A stretch of 64,000 bases of DNA from Octopus sinensis (GCF_006345805.1 NC_043000.1:83390001-83454000), one strand, 5' to 3'. Positions 40,537 through 52,781 are shown, numbered from the stretch's first letter. Numbers and translations are program-made. The notes: a model not told the origin generated them from the letters alone.

Positions 40537-41302
40537 TTTTAATTACTTTTTGCAATTTGTATATATTTATTTTATCATTTTTATATATTTAAGATTTTAT
40601 AAACTCTCCCCACACTCTTAGGAGTATCCGTGTCTTCTCTTTTATTTGCGAGTGAGGAACATAGTGATAGTCAGTTGCTGGTGCTGTCTTTTCTTCTGTG
40701 TGAAGAAGTTCTTATAAACTTCCATGGTTTCATCGACTGCATTTCTCAACTGCAACGCACGAATCTTCTGGGCGTCCTAATCTTCCACCATTCTCTGAAG
40801 TTCTTTTGGCGGACTACATCCGCATACCTTCTCCCTTCCTTAAGCATGTCGAGGAGCCTCACCTTCTCTGCTATAGTAAGCTTCTTCCTCTGGCGCTTGG
40901 GTTCACTGTCAGAAGCCTTAAAAGGTGCAGAACGTTTGGGTGACATCGTAGAGCTTGAAACAAATTCACTATTTTACACACAAATGCAAAAGAACACCAC
41001 ACACTCGCCTCCCGAGTTTCATTCTCCATACAGTATGAGCAATTCTTTGTTTACTCATCTACTGTACACTACGCATTTTTAAAAAATATATTTTAATTAA
41101 TGTGTTATACAGTGCAGTACCGTACTGTATTTTTATTTATTAATTAATTTTTAGTCGTGAAAATGCTTATTTTACCACAGAAATAATTAAAATCTAAAGA
41201 AATTAAAATGCCAATCGGCCACAGAATCCCGCGATATACTGAGGAGACCGCGATATAAATTTACATAAATTAGCTAGAAAAATCCGCAATGTACTGAGGG
41301 CG
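40049..41302 (-). mobile_element. Tigger/pogo element with tandemly duplicated end and truncated 5' TIR
   Basis: TA|CAGTGATCCCTCG at 40102 and 40355; ORF 40946-40746 MSPKRS..KRQRKKLTIAEKVRLLDMLKEG (CENP-B HTH); homologous to 3538-4410. Confidence 0.9.
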
Positions 41303-41605
41303 GTATTGCTCGCCCGGGAGAACAGAGTGAGTGCATTCCTGCACTCTCTCTGCCATACTCTCATTTTCGGTCTCTACGTGACCCGCAGAGACGTCAATTG
41401 TGGCAGGAAGAACTTAACATGCGGTGACCACACCCGTTTACCATCCAGGTAGAGCCAGAGGTGTCTCAGCCTCAGCGCGTACATGTGCACCATCAACCAA
41501 GGCATCCCTAACCCACCCTTAAGCGGTTTCTTGCAGCAGATGAAGCGCCTCACAAGTGGTGGTTTACCCTCCAATAAAAAGCGGAAAAGCATCCGTTCCA
41601 ACTTG
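41303..41605 (-). pseudogene. Tx1/L1-clade LINE ORF2 fragment
   Basis: ERMLFRFLLEGKPPLVRRFICCKKPLKGGLGMP matches the post-RT F.W.GK...V......P...GGLG.P block. Confidence 0.75.
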
Positions 41606-42391
41606 TCTGTTTGCTTGGAGTTCTTGATTTTATAACTATCCAGAAGGATAGACGTATCATTGAGAACAATTGGCTTCGTTGGCGGTACTGTGATATCTCT
41701 ATTCTAGCTTTTGGTGAAATAGAAGAGGTTAGAAAGGGTCAAGTGATGAAGCCATTATTTCGGCCTAGCTAATGCAATCTGACGAATGTAAAACTGCTGT
41801 CACAGAAAAACTATTGCTTTACTGTGAGAAAAGTTCTGTTGAAGTGTTAATTTAAATTTAGCTATGGTAGATCGAATCCACTTCATGCCTGCAAGATCTA
41901 CTACATCATTCCCCTCGCCAGTGAGGTTCCGGGAAAGGAAACGAACGATCGAAGGAGAAAAAGAAATTCATGGTTGAGGAGAAATTTTACATATCAGGAG
42001 TGAGGATCGTTTAAGTGTATACGGGACAGCTTTCTATTCGGATTAGTTCGAATAGCGGTGTCGCATTGCGTGCCAAAATGTGTGCAGTCAGTGACTGAGC
42101 AGTATAGCAAAAGAGCGCGTGTGAGGGCGTGAAGGCGAATACAGGAGTGCAGGTGCACGTTTCGAAATTGACTGTAAAATAAGCTCAGGTGAGCGATTGA
42201 GTGTATTCTGAATCCGTGATATGAAAGATCTTCCTGGAGGGTTGCAGTATGCTAAATGCCTTGAAGGTATTTCAGGAGTGAAATGGGCCTGGTGCTGTTG
42301 TCGTGGTTAATTGCTGAGTTAGCAAGGACGACAGTGTAAGCAGCTAGAGTGATGCGCGAGACAGATAATTTTCTCTGTTAATTTCGCGACC
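41606..42391 (-). mobile_element. Family L1 3' LTR (partial) with PPT and internal sequence
   Basis: LTR homology 41606-41905; minus strand GGCGAGGGGAATGA immediately precedes TGTAGTAG. Internal extent uncertain. Confidence 0.75.
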
Positions 42392-42406
42392 AAACAGGGG
42401 TCTAAC

Positions 42407-42945
42407 AGGGGGAAATTATGTGTAAACATGAGCGCAGAGCATGTGAACAAGCAAAATGCAACGTGCGACAATAATCTTCATCGTTACAAGTGGTGACCCC
42501 GAGCGAAAGAATTGCTGCCTTCTGAAGCTACATTACCAACAAATTGGTAACTTTGTGTTAAGAGAATTGCTACCTTCTGATGCTACATGCCGCTACATTT
42601 TTGCTGACTTCGAACGAAAGAACTACAGTCTTCATATCAACAGTCGCTATACCAAAGGAAAAGAATGACAACCTTCGTCACCACCAAGATGCACCCTCCT
42701 TCGACCTGCTACAGAAAACTCTATACTGCGATGCAATCCACAACAATGTAACACAACCAATGCACAAGGAATTTGCCTATCATGGAAGCCAATAAATGCC
42801 TCATTTCGACAGCTACGTGCCCATAAACTAACTGGAAGAAAATATGGGAGCACACACATACAACGTCTTCATAGCAAACTCGAACAAGAAGCGGTCGAAG
42901 AGTCCGATGGCGGCAAAATACATACAAGTTTTCTGATTCCCCCAA
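42407..42945 (+). mobile_element. Gypsy (CsRn1-like) deleted remnant with tRNA-Trp PBS
   Basis: GTTACA-AG-TGGTGACCCCGA at 42483-42502; downstream TRTRSGRRVRW resembles integrase C-terminus. Confidence 0.6.
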
Positions 42946-43234
42946 AAAATCCAGGTGAGTAATTTAGAGGAACAGCTACAAGACTTATTTATTTATATTT
43001 TCCTTTTCACTGAGCTTCACAAGGACCATACATGTAACACACTGCATTAATTCAAATTCCTGTTTCACATATTAAATTAAAATTGATTTTGCTTACATTC
43101 TCTCAGACTCAAATGATCTGAACAGTTTATTCACGAACTGAACATTTAGGTTTGGGAGTTATGACTAAATGGAAATCGGAAAAATGAAATCAAATGGTAT
43201 AATGAAAAGTTCTGTTAAAGGGTTAATTTAAATA

Positions 43235-43344
<110 letters not shown>

Positions 43345-44163
43345 CGACTGTTTGTCGCTTAAAAAATATATAGCATTTGCAAGTGGTTTCCTCATACTGT
43401 GGACGGGTAACTACCCGGTAACCTAGGTCTGTGAGTATCACGTAAGGCTAGAGATGGGAACGATGACCTCCTTTGCATAGACTATATGGTCACAATATAT
43501 ATTATACTAGATTGACTTGCTCCATTTAGAGTCGTGGTCGGTAGGACGCGTCCATCTCACCAGAAATGTGAATTCTGGTGAGATGAACGTGTCCTAGTTA
43601 AAGAAAATTCTGAGGACAAGATTAAACGAGAGAGAGAGAGAGGGGGAGAGAGAGAGAAAGTGAGTGACTGAGAGTGAATGAGAAGGGAAATATAGCAAAA
43701 CAAAGACTAAATAGAGGAAATGGGAATGTAATAAACTGAAAGGGAAAAAGAACGAGGAAGAAAAATGATCATCTCTATAAATAGAAAGATATAGCCAGAG
43801 AGAAAAACAGGAAAGAGGAAAGCAGGGAAATGTGAATATATTATATATACAATAAATAAACAGGAACTTGCTGATCAACAAACTGAAGAAGATATTTTCT
43901 AAGCATATGAAGCGTAATAATAGTTACTTGTCCTTGTTTTTTATTTATTTATTGACCGTGCATTCAATGTTTCTTGTGAGACATGACTAGATGTGAGCAG
44001 TCTAAACCGGTCGTAGGCCTCCAGACAAAAGGCTCACGGGACTATAGGATCACGAGACCGAAACCATCTGATAAACGCGTGCGCATGCACACGCAAACAT
44101 ACACTCGACACACATATAGATATACATATATCTATGAGCATTATGTGTGTGTGTGTGTGTGTG

Positions 44164-44195
<32 letters not shown>

Positions 44196-44219
44196 GCGTG
44201 TGTGTGTGTGTGTGTGTAA

Positions 44220-44745
44220 AGTTGCAGGGATCAGCGTTGAATGAACTATATTCCTTTAAAGTCATATTTAACAAGTTCGAGTAGACACGGATGTGGGAAG
44301 AGCTTCCGATGCGGAAATAGTTTCGGGAGAAAATTCTCTTCCAGACGATATGTGTGAAAAACACATTGGGCAGTGACTGACGTCAATCGATCGTAGATCA
44401 AATACGTTTCCGTGTTCTTTCCAGTCATCTGCTTCGAATATCAAATCTTTCCTTCACAAACCGAAAAGAGCGAACTATTTTTTTTTTTTTAATAGAGTAG
44501 CGAAAGGTACGTTTGGTAATGTACTAGAACTAATCAAATAAGGTCATGCAAAGCAGCGTTGAATGAAATATTTTCATGCGACGTCATATTTAATACGTTC
44601 ACACGAAAATATTTAATTCAACGTCTCTACACATACCACTAAGGTAAAGATTTTTTTTTTCTCCTGAAATTATTTCTGCAGCGGAAGATCTTGCCACGTC
44701 GGAGTTTACTCGAGTATGTGAAATATAATGTTGACCCATTACCTG
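44220..44745. mobile_element. Old foldback/MITE-like element
   Basis: 44262-44330 is a degenerate reverse complement of 44660-44728; partial direct copy at 44553-44600. Confidence 0.55.
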
Positions 44746-44890
44746 GGATATCCCAGAAACAGTTGTATGATATTAATTACTTCTACTTTTTGATTCACCT
44801 TACTCTAATTAAATATTCTCAATGGCCTCAGATACTCGTCCTGCTTTGGTTTGCTTTCCTTTACTATATGTATGTATGTGTGTATGTATG

Positions 44891-44930
<40 letters not shown>

Positions 44931-45049
44931 TATATTTTATGTGCGTGTGTGTGTCTCATATATATATATATTAGAGACACACACAACACATAATGCATAC
45001 ATACATACATACATATATCATAAAGCGTGGAGAATTGGGAAGCGTGTGT

Positions 45050-45245
45050 GAGAACAGGTTCCGTTAAGCAAAGTTGCGAAATTTTTTAAGTCAAGTTTCC
45101 GAGTAAAGGCTTACCGACAAAGAGAACAATACAGGTGTTGATTAAGAAGTGGCATACTGTAGGGTTAGTGCACAACACCCCAAAACAAAGAGACTGTGCA
45201 GTTCGAACGTCGGAACATATTCAGGACATTAGCCAAGAGATTATT
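45050..45245 (+). pseudogene. Tc1/mariner (rosa-like) N-terminal fragment
   Basis: TIQVLIKKWHTVGLVHNTPKQRDCAVRTSEHI. Confidence 0.45.
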
Positions 45246-46154
45246 CGAAGTCATCTGTACTGTTGCCATAGTAACGAAGCTAAAGCACACAGTGAAGCCG
45301 CTTGGTACAGATTGATCTTGAAATCTGCAGTGCATGCGCACTAAGTTTTAACGTTCTAGCTCACTTCTACTGTTTACAGCAGTGCTTGAAAGGAAGGTGC
45401 GTAGCGTGTGATCGTCGCGTTGAACACGACAGAGAAAATTGAGCAGAGAATCTGCATCAAATTTTGCCAAAAGCTTTGCGATATCTACTCAGAGACCTAC
45501 GCAAAGCTTACAAACATTTCTCATCGTTCTTGACACAATCAAGGAGATCTTGTGCAACTGAAACCCGAGTGTCCTTTTGTTCAGCTGAAAGCAGTTTTGG
45601 CACAAACTTGGCAGACACTGATACCGCTATTATCGTTATACCCAAATCTTCAGTGATAATGGACTGAACTGAACCGTAACTAATCTGCACATTCTCTGAT
45701 ATCTCACGGATGATGATTACTCATGGATGGTGTGCCGACGATTTCCCCTCACAGCTGCACGCACATCTGTGATGTTTTTCTCAGTCCTTCTGTTTGCGGG
45801 TCTCCCAGAACTTTCGTCAATGTCGACATTTTTCAGCCATCGTGGAAACGTCTGAACCACTCGTACACTTGTATGCGGCTAATACACAGATCCCCACACA
45901 CTTTCTCCAACTTTGCACAGGCCTCTGAGTAGGTATCGCCATGACAACTTTCTCTGTCATGGTCAATGCGACGATCACACGCTACACACCTTCCTTCCAA
46001 GCACTGCTATAAAGAGTGGAAGTGAGCTAGAACGTTAAACCTTAATGCGCATGCACAGCAGATTTCAAGGTCAATCTTCGTCAGGCAACTTTACTCTGCG
46101 TCGTTTAGCTTTGCTATTATGGCAACAGTCTGGATACTTGTTGATCAGGCCTCG
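45246..46154. mobile_element. Mariner (irritans-like) foldback derivative with two 5' ends
   Basis: 45258-45510 is inverted relative to 45910-46130; plus EQRICIKFCQKL; minus ISYGSVQSIITEDLG..VSAKFVPKLLSAEQK; right end GATCAGGCCTCG|TA. Confidence 0.85.
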
Positions 46155-46159
46155 TATAT

Positions 46160-46340
46160 GTCGTCATGCTTTACCGCTAAATCCACAAGGTTTTTTCTTA
46201 TTCTTTCTACCTGTTTATTTTCTCTTGTTCCTTTCTGTTGGTGAACGTAGACTCGAAACGTAAAGGGCTTTTTCACATTCCTGAGCGTCAAACTACTACA
46301 CCTGCTTATTCTTCGTACACTTGTCTTCGTTTTTTGCTTT
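46160..46340 (+). mobile_element. PLE-like terminal repeat with degenerate minimal hammerhead (46231-46268)
   Basis: CTTTCTG-TTGGTGA-ACGTAGACTC-GAAAC-GTA-AAGG, then pyrimidine-rich tail into (TA)n. Confidence 0.4.
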
Positions 46341-46475
46341 TCTGTAAATTTCAACTATATATATGTATACATACATACATACATACATACATACATACAT
46401 ACATACATACATGCATGCATGCATACATACATACATACATACATACATACATGCATACATACATACATACATACA

Positions 46476-46507
<32 letters not shown>

Positions 46508-46559
46508 AGAGGGATGGCCACTAAGTGAACATCCATTATGCTAGAAGTTGACCCCTTAT

Positions 46560-47400
46560 GGTCTTACCATTCGTTGTAAATATTGCGTAGACAGCACATG
46601 CAACAAGTTTCAACTTTCTCTATGTCTTTTAGTAGGAAGTCCATGCTTCTGCCACATACAAAAGTATGTTCAAAATATAAGATTTGTATATACTTATTTT
46701 AGTTTTCAGACTAACATATAGTATTCACCCCACAAACAATGGGAATGTTTTCCAAAAGCACTTGTAGCCTTAGATATTCTAACATTAATTCCGTCATCAA
46801 GACATTGTAACATTGATTTCGTCAACAAGAGTACTCATAAAGTTATTGTCAATCATCACATTTGAATCTTGAGTATGTGTTGTCCCAGGCATCGGTTGGA
46901 ATAAAACTTCAGTCTCCTGGATACTGATAACCCAAATGCACGAGCTGCCGCAGCAAACTTGTCGATTATTTTCGATATTCCCTCGAATGTATCAAAAGTC
47001 AAAGTGCAATCATCAGCAAACAGAAAAATCATGTTGAATCTCTTCCTTGGACTTTTTCTTTGTTCTGAAACTTTGACTTTTTAGATTTAGTTGACCTCCA
47101 TCTGTGCGAAACTGGAACCTTATATTTTCAAGGAAATCCCCAAAAGCATGTTTGAGCATCATTTTAAAGAATATGGCAAAAAGTACAGAAGCTAAAACAT
47201 AGCCCTGTTTGGTTCCAGTAGCAACAGAAAATGCTTCTGAACATTGTCTACCAGATATCTCTGCTGCCATCATTCTTTTGTGCAGATATACTATTATCCA
47301 TATCATTTAATCCTGGAAGACCAACTTTTGACAAAATTTCTCAGAGTGCCTCACGAGTCATTGTATCAAAGGCCTTGGTCAAGTCGATAAAAATCCGAAG
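46560..47400 (-). pseudogene. RTE/BovB-like LINE RT fragment
   Basis: FIDLTKAFDT, GTKQGYVLASVLFAIF, FRTDGGQLNL, LFADDCTL. Confidence 0.88.
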
Positions 47401-47493
47401 ATGGTGGGTTATATGGTATGATGTAATCTATGAATACATCAATAAAATTCTACCGAAACAACAGTCGTAAATTTTAAACCCCTTTTATGTCTT

Positions 47494-47549
<56 letters not shown>

Positions 47550-47632
47550 TTTTTTTTTTTAGAAAAACATAAAATCGGAGAAGCACACTCTATGAAGTAG
47601 AGCAGTCTATATTATTATTGGTTAACGCCTGT

Positions 47633-47695
47633 TTATAGGGCTACCCTAGTTTCTCGCCGTAAAGAGTATCTTTATGGCGTATCATCAGACCGTAA
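47633..47695 (-). ncRNA. Type I hammerhead ribozyme (PLE-associated)
   Basis: Minus: TTACGGT-CTGATGA-TA-CGCCATAAAGA-TAC-TCTTTACGGCG-A-GAAAC-TAGG-GTA-GCCCTATAA; same GGAGAAGCACACTCT flank as the 13800 copy. Confidence 0.75.
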
Positions 47696-48925
47696 GACTT
47701 GTTGGCCTCTTTAAAGTATGGAGGGGGAAACGAACCGGATATAAACAATGGGGGTTATCTCTCTCTTCTGGTGGTCATCAGCTGGTCATCGGCTTCCGGC
47801 TATGTTGTCCTCTTTCAGCTACGCCACCTATCGGCTGTGAGAGTAGAAAGTAGGGGGTTATCTCTCACTATCATCGGCAATCAATTTCCAGCCGTGGTGT
47901 TAATATTATCACTGATACCGCTATTATCGTTATGCCGTTCCCAAAACGCTAATAGGAATTTCCTGAAATGCAAGCACGGCCGAAAATCTCCGTTCTGGAA
48001 TTCAGTATGTTTCCTGGTACGTGCGAGTTTTTCAGGATTTCAGACTTATAATAAAATATATTCCAAATGTTAGTCTGATGGCTTTTTATACCAGAAAGTA
48101 CAATGTCCAGTTTATCTTCTTTATTTCAGATAGGAGGGTGTAAATTCAGAGATTTAGTTTCTATTTTCTATAGGTTCAGTGATCATGCAGAGCAATCGTG
48201 GACAAACTGTGGCCTGTGAGTTTTCCTGAATGGTAAGCCTAACAAAAAATTTCCTCGAATCTTTTTAGTAATACGACCCACCAAATGATGAGCCATGTCG
48301 TTACCAAAAGTTTTTTCCGGCAATTTATTATTTCTAAGTATTTATATTAATAATTTTAAACACTCACTTAACCGACAGAAACGATTAATAACACTTGGCT
48401 AACTTCTCTCTTTAATAACAAGGTTAATCTTAATAAAGTAGCTTGTTCGTATTTATTTATTTAATTATTTCAGTACTGAGAGCCGTTAATTATGTCTTCG
48501 TTGTGTTTCTGTGGGAATCATTTGTTGAGGTAGTCAAACTTTATTAAATTAAGTCGAAGGTCAAGGTTCACGAGATTCTAGTTTATTTATAGTCACACAT
48601 CACACATCACACGTCTATTTCTAAACTACATTAATATCCACTATAATAGGTAAACTGTGACCAAATAATATTTACAATCCAATGTAAAGATGGATGTAAC
48701 TATTTCTCATGTTTTTATCAGCAGAAATATCCAGAGTACGGTAAAAGATTATGAGAATATTACGAGTTAGCTAATGTTATTCTTTAGTCAAGCAAGGGAC
48801 ACAAGGTATAGGCCTTGTTTTCAAAAGATGTTTGATACAAGAACCAGTTGTCACCATACACCAGGAAGGACACAAATTCACTTGGAGCATCTACACTAAC
48901 TAACACACAAAAACGAATGCGCACA

Positions 48926-48997
<72 letters not shown>

Positions 48998-49329
48998 TGT
49001 CTTTGTGTGTGTATGTGTGTGCGTTTTCATGCTCATCTATGGAGAAAGAAACGGTTTCTAGCCTCGCAACAAACTTTTTCATACATACATACATACGTAC
49101 ATACATATATACATACATACATGGTATTCTTTTATGTATGTATGTATGTATGTATGTATGTATGTATGTGTGTATGCATGTATATATGTATGTACGTACG
49201 TACGTGTGTATATTGTATGTTTTTCATACAACATACATGCACTGTGTGCATGTATGCATGTTTTTCTCTTTCTCTTTTTAATTTAGAATAAATTTGAACT
49301 TGGTGAAGCAAAAACATCTTGTTTTGTTC

Positions 49330-50300
49330 ACCATTCTTTAAATCATAAGGTCTTGCAGATTTTTATAGCCCCAGATATCGTGATCATATGCAGTACATGA
49401 ATTAAGGATTTGCGTTTTGTCCCCCAAGAACCCAAGTTCAACTATACTTTGCTCTAGACGGGTTGGTATGTATCCTCTTGCTCCAATAATAATAGGTATG
49501 AAGCTGAAACTGTATTTTGGGTACTGGATTTGCTGAAACTGTATTTTGGGTACTGGATTTCCTGAAGCTGTATTTTGGGTACTGGATTTCCTGAAACTGT
49601 ATTTTGGGTACTGGATTTGCTGAAACTGTATTTTGGGTACTGGATTTCCTGAAACTGTATTTTGGGTACTGGATTTCCTGAAACTGTATTTTGGGTACTG
49701 GATTTGCTGAAACTGTATTTTGGGTACTGGATTTGCTGAAACTGTATTTTGGGTACTGGATTTCCTGAAACTGTATTTTGGGTACTGGATTTACTGAAAC
49801 TGTATTTTGGGTACTGGATTTGCTGAAACTGTATTTTGGGTACTGGATTTGCAAACTCCTTACCAATAGTCCATATATGTCCTCTTTCTTTTGTAATTTT
49901 CTAACCACATTGTTGTCCAAAGGGCAGCTGATTTCCACAGCAGAATACATTTTTTCTTGTGGTGGCCTGTTTTAATTTTTAAGTTCCACCAATATTCTTC
50001 TGACCCATAGGTCTCAATAAAGTCAACTTCGTATGTAGATGTTTTCGTTTTAGTCATCCTATTCCAGACTGTTCTAGCCACCGCGTCAGGCCCCATGGGA
50101 AGATAATATCTAGAAGGCATTCTCACGCAGTTGGCAGTAATATGGTTGATGTCTTCAGTTTTGGTCTTCCACAGTGTACTTTTGTTGTCAGTCAACAATT
50201 TCTACTTTTTATGTTGTAGGTACTTGGTGAGGATCTCTTGTTCCTGAGGTAGACTTCGAAGTGAGATTTCATAAACTTGTCGGTATTCCATGTCATTATG
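49330..50300 (-). pseudogene. RLE-endonuclease LINE 3' region (R4/Dong-like)
   Basis: EDINHITANCVRMPSRYYLP, EYWWNLKIKT, VEISCPLDNNV..KEDIYG. Confidence 0.75.
49503..49850. repeat. 29-bp minisatellite, 12 copies
   Basis: Unit (G/C/A)CTGAAACTGTATTTTGGGTACTGGATTT; 348 bp = 12 x 29. Confidence 0.97.
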
Positions 50301-50364
50301 CATGTATGTATGTATGTATGTATGTATGTATGTATGTATGTATGTATGTATGTATGTATGTATG

Positions 50365-50398
<34 letters not shown>

Positions 50399-50443
50399 TG
50401 TATGCATGCATGCATGCATGCATGTATGTATGTATGTATCTAT

Positions 50444-50511
<68 letters not shown>

Positions 50512-50745
50512 GTAGTATGTATGTATGTGCGTGTGTATATGTGTGTATATGTATGTATGCATGTATGTATGTATATATGTATGTATGTATGCATGCATGC
50601 ATGCATGCATGTATGTATGTATGCATGTATGTATGTATGTATGTATGTATATATGTATGTATGTATGTATGTATGTACGTATGTGCGTACGTATGAGAGC
50701 GTAAAATCGCCAATGAATCAGATAGACAGATAGATAGATAGATAG

Positions 50746-51070
50746 ATATGTTTCTTTATTAGCCACACAGGGCTGCACACAGACAGAACAGATAACAAGG
50801 TAGAGCTTTTCTTTTGGGGATAAAAAAGGGGGTTTGGTTTTCGATCAAAAGGGATCGTAAAAGGAAAGAAAGATGACAAAAAAGTGGGTGGGATAGAAAA
50901 TAAAAGGAAAAGGGAAAAAATCGATCAATAGGGATCGTTATCACAGAAATGTCAATATAAAGTGTAAAGGGGAGGACAGGTGAGGTTTACCCGTGGAAAG
51001 AAAAGCTTACGGAAAAGACCACGGTAACCTCGGTTAATGAAGTCACATGTTATATTTTTTTTTACAAATA
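50746..51070 (-). mobile_element. LINE 3' UTR (possibly Tx1-like) inserted in (GATA)n
   Basis: Minus ends CAGCCCTGTGTGGCTAATAAAGAAACA then (TATC)n; pyrimidine-rich body; (GATA)n on both flanks. Confidence 0.55.
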
Positions 51071-51100
51071 AGCAACTCTCTGTATTAATTTTTACAGTTC

Positions 51101-51155
<55 letters not shown>

Positions 51156-51186
51156 AGATAGATAGATAGATAGGTAGGTAGATAGG

Positions 51187-51249
<63 letters not shown>

Positions 51250-51677
51250 GTAGGTAGGTAGGTAGGTAGATAGGTAGGTAGGCAGGCAGGCAGGCAGGCA
51301 GGCAGACAGATAGACAGACAGACAGAGAGATAGATTAACTTTTGAAACTTAAAGCACAACAGTAATTACTTGATTGCTCCGAGGTTGCAATTTATACATT
51401 TGATAAAGAACATTTAGAGTCACATAATAAGTGTACAGTTATCAACTGAGTTATGTACATATATACGAATAAATGTGTGTGCATATGCGTGTACCAGTGT
51501 AAAGAGATATGTTGGGCAGAATCCTAATTTGTTTAAAAAAGGTGGGGGTCCTTCGCCATTCAAACACACACACACAAATATACATACATGCGTATACATA
51601 CATACATACATACATACATACATAATGACATGGAGTACCGACAAGTTATGAAATATATATATATATGTGTGTGTGTG

Positions 51678-52639
51678 TGTAAAGGTAGATTCTTCCTTGA
51701 AGTCGAGTGTCACCAGCTGTAACGACTGAGATTTATATTTGTAACCGATGCCTGTTATGGTGCAACGTCGAGATCACCAGTTTGTGACAGTAAAGTCACC
51801 TGTTGTAACAGTAAAATTTGTTTGTAAACGGTAAAAGTTTGATTTGTAAACATTAGTTTGAGGGAACGATAGTTGATACACAGCAGGATGGATGTAATCT
51901 GTTCGTAAGGATTGGTTCTTCGTTGATTGTTATTATGTAAAGATGAAAGAACAGTAATTGAAGTTGTGAAGAAAATATTTATTTACCGTACATTGTATAT
52001 ACCTTACCTCGACGGGAAGGTAATGAAATCCAAACGCATGCGAAGTAAAAAAGTTAATTTCGGCCTGTGTGTTCTTATTGTATTAGTATGTTCTTATTGT
52101 TGTAGTAAACCATGTAAACCATAGAGAGAGATATGGTAATGTGTAGAGAAGAGAAATTGAGTTAGTGAAAGTGAGAGAGTGTGGGACGAAACAACCGTTG
52201 GTAAGTTATCATAGTTGTTCTCTTGTGCCCTTTTCTTTAGAGACGGCGTTTGTTCAGCTGGTCAGCCAGACTCCATTCTCACTAACTCACCAACTCGAGT
52301 TGTTGCTAACTGACTAACTAAGTTGACACCAAGTGACTAAGTGACTTTTGCTTGGGGGTTCTTGCTTTTATAACTATCCAGAAGGATAGACATATCATTG
52401 AGAACAATAGATTTAGTTGGTGGTCTTGTTATCTTAATTCTAACTTTTGATGAAATAGAAGAGATTAGAAAGATCAACTGGTGAAGACATTATTTAGGCC
52501 TAGTTAAGGCAATCTGGTAAATGTAAAACTGCTTCACAGAAAAGCTATTGTTTGACCGTAAGAAAAGTTCTGCTGAACTGTTAATTTAAATTTGGCCATG
52601 GTGGATCGATTTCACTTCATGCCTGCAAGATCCACTACA
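51678..52639 (-). mobile_element. Solo LTR (family L1), longer variant
   Basis: Homology to 33389-34053; ends GATCCACTACA; left end blurred by (TG)n. Confidence 0.85.
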
Positions 52640-52781
52640 TATATATACGTACATACATATATGTGCATGTGGATGTATATGCTCCAGCATGACCGCAGTC
52701 TAACGATAGACAAGTAGGTATAAAGTTATATATATATATATGCACGCACACGCATATACGTATATAGATAGATATACATCA

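Noticed and set aside
49503-49850. CRISPR-like 29-bp repeats
   Set aside because: Head-to-tail with no spacers, eukaryotic context, LINE-derived.
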